NCBI GenBank assembly: GCA_032718475.1 | Contig: JAUCBJ010008458.1 | Location: forward strand, 1-64,000 | From: Nemertoderma westbladi | Lineage: Eukaryota; Animalia; Xenacoelomorpha | Direction: 5' to 3' | DNA: 64,000 nucleotides | Shown here: positions 48,117 to 58,525 of the stretch, in pieces | Layout of the letters: each line of letters begins with the position of its first letter | Numbering within the stretch: position 1 is the first letter of the stretch | Position numbers and translations under genes: made by a program | The notes under the pieces: model-generated | Told to the model about the DNA's origin: nothing | The model's input: the letters and a program-made list of their open reading frames with translations, nothing else | Database searches by the model: none

Positions 48117-49314
48117 TGTACGCTGTTTTACGCCTGTTTTGAAGACCTTTAGCAGTTTAACCTGCCAAAATTTATATGTCTTTTGGTTTATAAATAGACT
48201 TTAACATATGACAAGTATTTAATACCAATAAACACAACATTAGCCGAAGCCAGCCTAGTGCGCGTCCATTCACCCGCTGGATATACCCGGGAGACTGGAT
48301 TCGGAGGGCTTAGATTTTATTGCAGTGTAAGCTTACTGTATTATTCGATTGATCGTTAATAAATAATTTCTGACGAATATTATTCACTTTCGGGAAATAT
48401 TAACAGTTCCTTTAGGACGTGGCGCTCTATCTAGGTAAACAGAGATATGACTTATACTAAACACAACGGTAAGACGGTAAGGCTTATGATTCACGTATGA
48501 GGCGCATTCTTTAGGAAATGCTTAGTTATTAGCCACAATCATGCACACTACCGGTACCGCACAATACTGCACACTAATCTGCCGACCGTCAATGAATTTT
48601 ATCATACATAAAGAGAACCGCAATTGACTCATGTAGTGCTTATCAAATAGCATTAAATTCACTACAAACCACGATAATATAAGTCGCAATCGCTATATGT
48701 AACCTGTCTCTCTAACCTGTAGTGTATCAAGAAAATTGGGAAATTTGGGTTATTTATCGATGTTCTCCAAGTAATAATATTCAACCAACTGATACAAATA
48801 ATGACAACAGTAAAAAGCATTAAGACGGTTTATTAAGATTATAACAATGTAAGATTGTACCGCTGACATACAATAATCGCTGATAACAGTTATACGCTCT
48901 ATAATCTAAGCCTACTAATGTTTCTTCTAAAGTCTGAAAACAAATTGACTCCAGAGCCGGTGTTCTTGGCCTAGATAGAAACAACAAAAAACTCTAAAAC
49001 AGTAAGACTGAACACGCCTAGTACGATCTGTAGAATATCTCCACATCTCAAGTAAAAATCGCTCTGATTGGCTGTTAAGCTGAACAAAGAACCATGTGTC
49101 CAACGGCCGTTTCCATGCCAGCAACCAGCTGTTAGATGTCGTAATCTGAATCATCAAGGCTACACTGTGCTAGAGGATTTGACGCATTGCGGGTTTTGTG
49201 TCTTGCCATGTCCTCCAAAGCACACATATAGAAAAACAACTTTTATGTCCGTTAAAACACCCACACGGTACTTTGCGGGCAAGGGGACTGATTATATCCA
49301 CAAAAGCTTTTACA
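48117..49314 (-). repeat. Candidate 3' LTR (~1.2 kb)
   Basis: Minus strand reads PPT-like CTGGGAGCGG|TGTAAA...GTACA, then the LINE resumes abruptly. The partner LTR is not in the window. Confidence 0.6.
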
Positions 49315-49391
49315 CCGCTCCCAGAAAATGGGATTCAAGTCTATAAATATACAAAATCACAGTTTCTAATATACGTAAATACTCTAAACAG

Positions 49392-49871
49392 TTAGTCTTT
49401 CTTGCGCGGACGGCGTTTACGCAGTTTTTTAAAGCTGGCCAGAGTCTTTTTCTCTTTGGGGCGAGCCACTTTACAAGGAGGGCTATAACTCCTGGGTGAA
49501 GGGTGCAATATGATTGCATCAGAGGGTGTAGGATTATGGTCGGTGTATCCGCCGGTCGAAGTGCCGGGTTGGTTGACATCAACGTCGGGGGAGAGGGGTC
49601 TAACGGCCTTTAGAGTGCGTTTTAGGACGGCCGCTCTTACGGGTCCTTTACGAGTGGTCTGAACGAGAGCCGTGGGTGGACCGTAGGCAGTCAGAAACTT
49701 CCTGGGTTTAATGGTTCTTTCCAACTCGCGTTCGCGGGCTCGGTATTCGTAAGGCCGTCGATATACTTCCTGTAACTCGGGGTGTGAGTTAACAAATAAG
49801 TCTCCATAGTCTGGATCCTGACGGATAAAATTGATTAAGTTATAGGAATGAAGGTCGCTAGGATTATACAC
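49392..49871 (-). CDS. Basic C-terminal segment of the accessory frame (or a separate small ORF)
   Basis: Overlaps the 744-aa ORF by 8 nt and ends KKLRKRRPRKKD, which is NLS-like. Confidence 0.5.
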   Translation of the reverse strand: MYNPSDLHSYNLINFIRQDPDYGDLFVNSHPELQEVYRRPYEYRARERELERTIKPRKFLTAYGPPTALVQTTRKGPVRAAVLKRTLKAVRPLSPDVDVNQPGTSTGGYTDHNPTPSDAIILHPSPRSYSPPCKVARPKEKKTLASFKKLRKRRPRKKD

Positions 49872-52098
49872 TCCTGAGAAATTTGCGTACGAATTTGGTT
49901 GAAATACATTCTCCGACGCGCTTCAGTAGTTCGTAACTCGATATGCGTGATTTCTGTTCGACAGAAGCGAATAGATAAGGATGGAATGCATAAACTCCTT
50001 TGTAAGCGCGTCCAGGATAATAGCGATGGCGCGAATCACAATGTAAATCAGCGTTCGCTTCCCAAGCTCTGATGTAACGTAGTGTGATCATTTCATCTAC
50101 GCTTTCCAAATCGCGATTAAAAGGGCAATCGAAACTGGCGTGTCCCTTTAGTTGACAATGGTGACATTGAGTCATAAATTGAGGGCAAACCGCAAAAATA
50201 TGCAAGTTATTGAGTCTGCAATATGCGCAATAAATTTCCATCGCAGGTTGTTCGTGGAAATAGGAACAGCGGACGTTTGTGTCCATGGGCGTAACATGGT
50301 CTCTCGATGCGCACAACCGACAATGTTGCCGAGAAACATAGTTGGCATGGCGATAATCGTACGCAGTGAGACACTGTGGACCTTGATACCATCCTAGGAT
50401 GTAATCGTTGTCGCTGTTCCGGGACGCGATAGGCTGAATCTCCTCAGATTCTAGGCATATTGGTTCGTCTTCCCAGTGCATAGCTGAGGTGGGCGTGTCT
50501 GTCTCTTCAAGGGGACCTATTGTCTGAATTTCCACGACAGAATAACCTGTGGGGATTCGAGGTCTTTGTATAACAGAGGAGTGCAAGTTCGATATACAAA
50601 TCTCTTTGAAAATGGCAAATCCAGCGCTATCTAACTTCTCTGCAGCTGAGTTTCTTAGGCTGAGCTTGGTCAAAGCGCGGTCTTTAAATTGGCTATCCAC
50701 GTTGCGGAACGGGGTTAAAAATCGCCGGAAACATTCGAAGCGGATGAATTTATTATGTTCATCTAGCTTAGCGAGTTTGGTCCCAAGTATTAATGGATGG
50801 GCGCGTATAGTACGACTGCACACATCGGCTAGCCAACCGGAAAGTGCGGTGTTTTCAAAGATCGTGTAGATAGCTAAGGAGGGACAGAGTGGAACACTCA
50901 TGAAGCTATACACGGCGCCAGGTGCGGTCAATGGTCCATCAAAGTATAATCGAGAATAATGGTCTCCGTATACTTGTTGATAGTTGATGGGATTTCCGAC
51001 TTTGAAATTCCATCCGTATTCCTGAAAGGCAAGATGTCCGATGGAAGTTCGTTGCACCTTTGTAATGTTGCTGGACGTATTAGCATACATGGTGCGAAAG
51101 AAACCTCGACCTTCTGCCCAGGGAGCAATCAGCTGCGTATCCATGAAAGGATATGGGATATTTTCCATATTCCGAAAGTCGTTTTGGAGATCTCCATAAA
51201 CAGCTGAGCCGATTTTAAGGATTCTTTCGTTGAACAACATCTCGAGTACGGGCTGGGGTAACATCGATCCATCGATACCCATGGCAGGTTTGCGTTCGGT
51301 GTCAATGACGTAACGCTGCGCGAGTTCGAATTTTCCATGTCGGAGATTCTTTTGCGTTTCGGTGAGAGTTTCAAAGGAATAATCAATCACGTCGGAACAC
51401 GCTCGAGTAAACACGTGGGTAGAACCAGCTAATCCGCGTATGTGGATCATGCGCGTAGTTCCTAGTTCTCCGACCGGAACGCTACCTTCATTATCGTAGG
51501 TGACAACTCCATACATCTCAATGACATTAAGAGTTTCATTCCACTCTTTGGTGGCGTTCTCTAGGGTCATCCCTACTGGATGCCACAAGGTGGCGCATTG
51601 GTTAGCGTCAGGGAGATCACTATACTTCATGTGCCGAGTGGTATACGTCTCCACATTTCCATATCTTTGTATTTTCTCTTCTTCAAATAATACATCTAGA
51701 TTCCAATGGACTAATCGAGTTTTAATAAATCCATCGAGATTATAAGGAGGTTCTATATCCTTCTCGATTCGAGAAATGTTATATGGTTTTCTGAATGAGT
51801 TTACCTTTACTAACTGATCCAGATGTTTCTGCAATTGTTCGAGTTCGACAACGTCTAGAGGATTTATTAGTGGTAGAAACTTTAAATTATGCGTCGGGTC
51901 TTCTGGTTTTACCATATAATATTGAGTCAGATTAACGTAATAAGGGTGGTCTTTGATCCCATAAAACGAGTTCTGTAAAGGTCTAGCGCGTATGTTGACA
52001 TCGTGTACCATACGACGGACAAGATCCGCTCGATTGTCCGGAGGTTCAACGAGTATACCGTCAACACGAGCAGCCTCGATTGGCGGACGCTGTAACAT
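49864..52098 (-). CDS. Accessory protein: DEDDy-like 3'-5' exonuclease domain and three CCHC zinc knuckles
   Basis: ExoI VVTYDNEG (D202/E204), RMIHI..THVF, LPQPVLEMLFNERILKIGSAVYGD (ExoII D303), MDTQLIA, TSIGHLAFQEYG..K, and ExoIII-like SVPLCPSLAIYTIFE. Knuckles are CRLC..H..C, CAYC..H..C and CHHCQLKGHASFDC. Confidence 0.72.
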   Translation of the reverse strand: MLQRPPIEAARVDGILVEPPDNRADLVRRMVHDVNIRARPLQNSFYGIKDHPYYVNLTQYYMVKPEDPTHNLKFLPLINPLDVVELEQLQKHLDQLVKVNSFRKPYNISRIEKDIEPPYNLDGFIKTRLVHWNLDVLFEEEKIQRYGNVETYTTRHMKYSDLPDANQCATLWHPVGMTLENATKEWNETLNVIEMYGVVTYDNEGSVPVGELGTTRMIHIRGLAGSTHVFTRACSDVIDYSFETLTETQKNLRHGKFELAQRYVIDTERKPAMGIDGSMLPQPVLEMLFNERILKIGSAVYGDLQNDFRNMENIPYPFMDTQLIAPWAEGRGFFRTMYANTSSNITKVQRTSIGHLAFQEYGWNFKVGNPINYQQVYGDHYSRLYFDGPLTAPGAVYSFMSVPLCPSLAIYTIFENTALSGWLADVCSRTIRAHPLILGTKLAKLDEHNKFIRFECFRRFLTPFRNVDSQFKDRALTKLSLRNSAAEKLDSAGFAIFKEICISNLHSSVIQRPRIPTGYSVVEIQTIGPLEETDTPTSAMHWEDEPICLESEEIQPIASRNSDNDYILGWYQGPQCLTAYDYRHANYVSRQHCRLCASRDHVTPMDTNVRCSYFHEQPAMEIYCAYCRLNNLHIFAVCPQFMTQCHHCQLKGHASFDCPFNRDLESVDEMITLRYIRAWEANADLHCDSRHRYYPGRAYKGVYAFHPYLFASVEQKSRISSYELLKRVGECISTKFVRKFLRSV

Positions 52099-52212
52099 AG
52101 GGGCGTCAGCGATAAGATTTTGCGATCCTGTACTGATATCAACAGGTTGGGTTGTATCGTCGCGAAAAGTTTGTCTCCGAAATGTGGAACCATCGAGGGA
52201 TGACGGACGGTT

Positions 52213-53625
52213 TTAGAGTAGAGATCTGTCATAAGGATTTGAGCTTCAGGTTGGGCTAAAGCGGCTTCTTCTCTCTCGTCCAATTTAGTGTGTTTCTCCT
52301 CAAGTAGATTTTCCTCCGCTTGTCTCTGTAAGCGTTCATCTAGAAACTCTTGTAGAGAATGCTCGATGTCCTCTTCGAGGTTTTGGATTTCTCTATCGAA
52401 CTGTGGCAAGGCTAACTCCTTCACCGATTGGACTTGTTGTTGTAATTTACGTTTCTCTAAACAATCTTGTGTTCCCTTTCCGATCTTCTGTCGAATAGCG
52501 TCTAAAGCGTTTCTTATAACGCTCTCCTCGACTTCCTTGGCGGGTTGCATCGGGTTTAATCCTGGACGATTGTAAGGATCAAATGGTGATATTAGATGCC
52601 CGCGTCCCAATCCGGCTAAGTAGGATGGGCGAATGTCTAACGAACCCACTACAGGAGCACCACCGATTAATTGTTCGGGTAACACTAAATCTTTGAACAG
52701 GGAATATAGTTCGGGAGGATCAGTGATACTGTTAGGATCAAGAGTTTGAGGTCTCACTAGGGAATGAGGAGGCCTGACCGAGTATTCCGGAACTCTGATC
52801 ATGGGTTTATTTAGTGATCGTTTAAGACGAGCGATCGTAGGTGATACGTCGAACAGGTTTCGCTCGAAACTCCCGTAAGTATAACGCGTAAAGCTGTGTT
52901 TAGCGCAACGTCTCCGCGGATGTTTATGTCTTTCAGTTTGTTGGTTGGGTCTAGGGCATTCGTCACAATAATACCAAAGATGTACGTCCTGTAGAGGAAA
53001 CGCGGGTGATCATTCTCCAGTTTTGCAATATTCTTCCATTTGTTCAAAACTATCCGGGATAACAGGTAGTGGACGGTCGGCGGTAAGATACATCATAGTG
53101 AAATAGAGCCGTTTGAGTTGGGTCATGATGTATACCTTGAGGATATCGAGTCTCTAGGTTCTGCTGACTGGCGATGTTGAGATAAGTTTCTCTCAAAAAT
53201 TCCAGGTAGTCGTTGAAGTCGATGCGTTTATCCGGTTCTTCAACGTTTTCTCTTTCCAGTCTGTTACGAATAGAATTTTCATGTTCTATTCTCGGTTTAT
53301 CGTTACGACTCCGCTGGGTATGATATTTAAATAGAACCATTTCCCTTTCGGTGTCTACATCGTCCGTATCATGTAAATCGATAGGATGGCCGGTAGTTAA
53401 GAAGTCCATATACGTACCATTACGATGCGTATAGCGAGCGGTGAATTTTCGATAGTCCAATTCACGCGTAAGTTGCTCTTGGGACATCGGCGGTTCGATA
53501 TAACGACCATCGTCCTCCGTAATGGTTGGATCGGCTTCACCGCGTATCAAGCTATCCACAAATGCTCGTAAAGGTAGAGTATATCGCTCCCTGATACCAA
53601 GATCATCTTCTATCAACTCCGTCAT
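52213..53625 (-). pseudogene. Disrupted N-terminal part of the accessory frame (acidic region and coiled coil)
   Basis: ORFs 53050-53625 and 51927-52802 connect through a frameshift near 53100 and a TGA at 53010-53012. A frameshift near 52213 links them to the 744-aa ORF. Confidence 0.6.
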
Positions 53626-55245
53626 ATCTGCTATTTGGGTTTATTAATATTATAATGAGTTTATGTTTAGGCGAGCGGGCGTCGCTGCCTATCTTTCTTT
53701 GCCCCCGGACAGTGGGATTCTCAGCGCCGATGTACCGTTGTCGCGGTGTTTACGCCAACATGTAGCAACAGCACGACAACGATAACCGGCACAAGTCACT
53801 CCACTGTCCATCCCAAAGGCTTGAATCCACTTTAGGTTCTTTCTATAGTAGAGTTAGGGTTACTTTCACAATTGCGACTAGCAACTGTAAACACACTTTA
53901 GCAGTAACATTCACCTATAAACGCACAAATTCCACACAACTGTCACCAATTGTACACATACAGGCCATTTGTCCGTTAGTCAGTGCCTTCCAGAATGTCA
54001 CGTTATTACTGTGTGTCCTTGGATACTAACCGTTTGCTATGTATTCTCTATGCTATGCAATGGGACAAGCTTTCTATTGTTCTTTTAACTTGCTTCTAAT
54101 TCTAGCGTGGGTGTTGCTATGGTGACATTATGGAAAGCTAGCGGTAGAATTAGGGTAATTCTCATGCATACAGATCTGGAATGCTATTTAATAGTAATTC
54201 TTTAATTGTCAATATCCTCTTTATGCATGATTTTATTAATTTTATCGGCTATTGACTATATGTTGGAGATTCTCGCACTCTAATACGCTCAATAGGATGA
54301 ATCTCCGCTCCCATGATCTATTAATTAATGGAATTTTGGGAATGTTATAAATTGCACAAAATGACAATTTATGAAATTCATTTAAGATATGAATTTAAAT
54401 TTATTCCCGTGAATTTTATTATTTGATGGTAAAATTGACACAATTTTATTCCAGAGCATGTCTGGGGACCTAGGATCCTTAATTCTATAAAATTGTCTTT
54501 TAAGAGTATCGGTAAGTGCTGCGATATCTTAATTGATTAGAAATTTTAAAGGATCTGTATTTTACAGATTTTAATAAATATTAAATTAATATTTAAGATA
54601 GGCACCGATTTATTCCAGAACTTGTCTGGGGACGTTAACCACTGATTCTAGAATTTGTCTTTCAAGTATATCGGTGGGTGCCGCAATATCTTAATCGACT
54701 AAAATTACAGATGGTCAAAAGGTTTAACAGATTTATTTGCGTTTTACGCTACTGTTATAGGGACATCACGCTACTATATGTATTATCTAATATAAAGTAG
54801 AAGAGAAATATCGCACGAAGCAATGTCAGTGTGAAGAGGCAAGTCGTTTCCAAGGTCTACCCAGAGCTTGGTTTAGCCGAGACACGAGGATCTGAACTTT
54901 GCATTCCTAATACTCTGCCTACCAATAATACTTAAATATAGTAGGAGCTTTATTGTACTTTAATAAGTACTGACATGTCATCTTACTGTAGTCTCGTATT
55001 TATAATATAATACGGACAGTAAGGAAAAAGAAAGAATTATTTCTCGCCGTCATATTAAATATATATTATGTGTAATTACGTAATAAACACTAATATATTG
55101 CACTAACCTACTAAATAATCTAAAATAACATTCTACTAAATAAAATTAAATAAAACGATTATAATAAAGTACATAATAACGTTCGCATATAAAAATATAA
55201 TAAAAATATATAGAATAATATAGTCATGCACCCACTCCAGACGTA

Positions 55246-56290
55246 TCACGTTGGGGAGTCCCTAGATGATTGAGGAATTAGGGAGGTGGTCGTGGTAAGA
55301 GTGTCTTGCCTTCCATAGTTTCCGGAGAGTTCTCGGTCTCTTTCCAGTAAACATAAACGACCAACTGGGCGGTTGAGCTGTTGCGTCTCAAAGATTATGC
55401 CTGGCTTCTTGAAGTTACGCCGCATGACGACGAGTTCTACCGAGCGCACTAAACCATCATCCGAGATGTGAGTCTCGATGATACGACCTGTCTGCCACCG
55501 TTTACGTGGAAGGTCTGAATCTACAATAAGCACCATATCTCCGGCGCTGACGTTTTCTTGCTGCGCAAACCACTTAGTTCGAAGTTGTAGCGTGGGCAGA
55601 TAATGTTTCTCGAAATGGTCAGCGAAACGACGGGATAGCAATTGCATAAGTTGCCAAGTTCGACGGCAGTATTCGTCTCCGTCGGTAATCTCCGATCGTG
55701 GGAGCATGGCTACAGGTTTCTTCAGTAGAAAGTGCGCGGGTGTTAGCGCTTCCAGGGAATCGGGACTCGATGAGACTGGCATAAGTGGTCTCTCGTTGAG
55801 ATAGGCAGCTATTTCCTCCATTAACGTCCGCAAAAGTTCGTCGGTGAGATACGCGCGGCATGGCACTATAAAGTGAAATGCGGTCTTGACACTTCTAATT
55901 AATCTCTCCCAACTTCCTCCCCACCAAGGGCCGTCGGCAGCGTTGAAGGTCCAGCTAGACGCTGTTATCCTTAGCTGATCGTCCACCTGTCTTTGGTTCC
56001 AGTCCTTCACGTAAGCCTGGATTTCGTTGTTGGCACCAATGAAGTTCGTTCCCTTATCCGATCTCATGGTATTACTAGTCCCGAAGCGAGCGATCTGTCG
56101 GCGTAAACTTAAGACGAAGCTGTTGGTAGATAGATCGTTCACCATATTGAGATGGATGGCTCTACAAGTCATGCATACGAAGATGACACACCATCTCTTG
56201 ACTATAGTCCTAGCACGATATACTTCAATAGGGCCAAATAAATCTACACCAGTATTAGTAAAAGGTGGTTCATAGAAGCTTACTCATTCC
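55246..56290 (-). CDS. BEL integrase core and C-terminus
   Basis: PFTNTGVDLFGP, TCRAIHL, RSDKGTNF, WGGSWERLIRSVK, LTPAHFL, DGLVRSV. Confidence 0.92.
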
Positions 56291-58525
56291 CTAGGTAATT
56301 CTGCCTTCTCGCTGTGTTAAAGGCCTACTGAATGCTTTCCTACAGGGTATGCAGTTCCTAAGAACTTGGTTCAGAGCTCTACGGGGTTTATAAAAATAAT
56401 AGCGAGTTCGGATTTCGCTAAGAACTCGTTCTCTACCAGCATGATAAAGTTTACTGTGAACATCTACAATCATCTTGATTTGTACTTCAAGATTTCTAAT
56501 GAGTATGGGGAATTTAGTGTCAAAGGATAATGGCGCATTGGTGAGTCTTCCTCCAACACGTATTAACCCATCGATCATTGTGCTAGAGAAGCGATCCCTT
56601 AAGCGCATCTGCGGATTTCTCAACAACAGGAAATACTTATCGGAATCCTCATAGCATTGCAGGAGTCTCAGTATCTGCTTATTGGTTTCTTCATGCTCCT
56701 GGTAACTGATTTTCTCCTTTAGGAACCGATCGGATGTCTTATATTTGGGTAAATTTTTAATAACATGAACTTGCGCAGATGTCAATGGAGCGGTATCACT
56801 AATGGTCTTCGTCCTGGAGTAGTGATGATGAAAACATCTCCTTAAATATGTGACGGCTTTACAGAGCCGATTCCAGGAACTGTAATGATGCATTGCTCTC
56901 TGCAGCAGGGGTGAGATTCCTTGCGAGACGTCTGGTATTCCAGATTTCCAATCTCCATCTCTAATTTCCACAACAGACTTATTTGTGGCGAGGGATTGTG
57001 GATCCGAAGCATCGTTTCCAGAAGTATGTAATACAGATAGATCGATCGTCGGTTTAAATAACTTCGATTTACTCGCCCGGGTTTTAGGTTTGACTTTCTC
57101 CGCTCCCTTGGCTTGTCTAATCTCCGCCGTAGTAAGGTGAGGAGGCCATTCATCCTCTTCCTTACTCAGGAAGTCGGGTCCACCCAACCAGTCTGGAGTA
57201 TCTATCAGTTCCTGTGGAGTCGCTCCCCTGGAGGCGATATCGGCTGGATTAATCGTACCAGGGCAATGTCTCCATTGATCTATCTTTGTGCGACTAAGAA
57301 TAATAGCTACCCTGTTAGTAACAAAAACGCTGAACTGACAGACTTCATTGGTTATATACTCCAACACGAGTAAAGCGTCGGTCCAATAAACAGTTTTCTC
57401 CAGTGGATAGTCGATTTGTTCTGTTACGTTCCGGCCGATGGCTGTAGCGTATAAAGCCGCTTTTAACTCCGCTCGAGGAACCTTTAACTTGTTGTTAATC
57501 AATGCCTTAGAAGTAACCAAGGCGACTTTGATTCCATCCGGAGTTTCGACTCGCAGATATGCTACTATACCTATTCCCATGTCGCTGGCGTCTCCAAACA
57601 CGTGGAGTTGATAGGAATACGTAGGGAGAACATGACCAAAATATGCACGGGAAATTACAAAGCTCTCGATGGCAGGTAGAGAATCTTCCCATTTCATCCA
57701 CCTCGTTAACAGTTCTCCCTTAAGTGGATCGTCCCATGAGTGGTTTTCAAGCCACATTTGTTGTACTAAACTCCGAGCAATCAATATAACTGGGCTAATA
57801 AATCCCAATGGGTCGAAATAAGTGCTCAGGATACTTAAACAAATCAGTTTGGTCCGAACTGGATTATCTCGCTGTTTTAGCTGAAAAAACAGGATATCTC
57901 TTTCTGTGTCCCACTTCAAGCCAAGCGTCTTGGTTTCTGGAAGATCGTCCTTTATTAAGTCTAGGTCTTTCGTTCCTCGGTCTTCTACCGGTATCGCTTC
58001 CAGAAACTCACGGGAGTTGCTGGTGAATTTCGTCAGTCGAAATCCACCTCTTTCCAAACACTCTACCGTTCCTTTCGCGACATCAATGGCTTCTTCTACT
58101 GATGGAAGGGACTTTAAATTGTCGTCCATGTATATATCGCGCTTGATGTTGTCTATCACCTCTTTGGAGAAGGCGTCTCGGTTGTCATTCGAAGTGGTCC
58201 GCACCACGGAGCAGGCGTTGCAAGGGCTTGATATGATCCCAAAAGCCTGGATGGTCATCCAGTACTCTACCGGTTTCTGGTTGAGATCTCCTTCAGGCCA
58301 CCACAGAAATCTTAGGCTGTCTCTATCTCTCTCCAGCGCCTTGACTTGTAAGAACATTCCTTCTATATCGGAGGCGAACGCGATGGAATATTGTCTTAAT
58401 CTTAAAAGTATTCCCAACAAAGATTGGAGTAAGTTGGGTCCTGGTAACAACTCGGAATTGAGGGATTGATATATAGAGAGCGGATATATAGAGAGCGGAG
58501 CCATCGAATACGACTCGTACTTCAT
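56291..58525 (-). CDS. BEL reverse transcriptase, RNase H and integrase zinc finger
   Basis: GPNLL, SDIEGMFLQV, LRFLW, YMDD, FDPLG, FGDAS, NPADIASRG, H..HAG..CIPC. Confidence 0.93.
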   Translation of the reverse strand: MKYESYSMAPLSIYPLSIYQSLNSELLPGPNLLQSLLGILLRLRQYSIAFASDIEGMFLQVKALERDRDSLRFLWWPEGDLNQKPVEYWMTIQAFGIISSPCNACSVVRTTSNDNRDAFSKEVIDNIKRDIYMDDNLKSLPSVEEAIDVAKGTVECLERGGFRLTKFTSNSREFLEAIPVEDRGTKDLDLIKDDLPETKTLGLKWDTERDILFFQLKQRDNPVRTKLICLSILSTYFDPLGFISPVILIARSLVQQMWLENHSWDDPLKGELLTRWMKWEDSLPAIESFVISRAYFGHVLPTYSYQLHVFGDASDMGIGIVAYLRVETPDGIKVALVTSKALINNKLKVPRAELKAALYATAIGRNVTEQIDYPLEKTVYWTDALLVLEYITNEVCQFSVFVTNRVAIILSRTKIDQWRHCPGTINPADIASRGATPQELIDTPDWLGGPDFLSKEEDEWPPHLTTAEIRQAKGAEKVKPKTRASKSKLFKPTIDLSVLHTSGNDASDPQSLATNKSVVEIRDGDWKSGIPDVSQGISPLLQRAMHHYSSWNRLCKAVTYLRRCFHHHYSRTKTISDTAPLTSAQVHVIKNLPKYKTSDRFLKEKISYQEHEETNKQILRLLQCYEDSDKYFLLLRNPQMRLRDRFSSTMIDGLIRVGGRLTNAPLSFDTKFPILIRNLEVQIKMIVDVHSKLYHAGRERVLSEIRTRYYFYKPRRALNQVLRNCIPCRKAFSRPLTQREGRIT

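Noticed and set aside
49864-52098. env gene, suggested by its position
   Set aside because: No signal peptide, furin site or transmembrane anchor is evident. The motifs fit a nuclease plus zinc knuckles.
52811-53047. 78-aa ORF as a separate gene
   Set aside because: It looks like an off-frame shadow of the reconstructed accessory frame.
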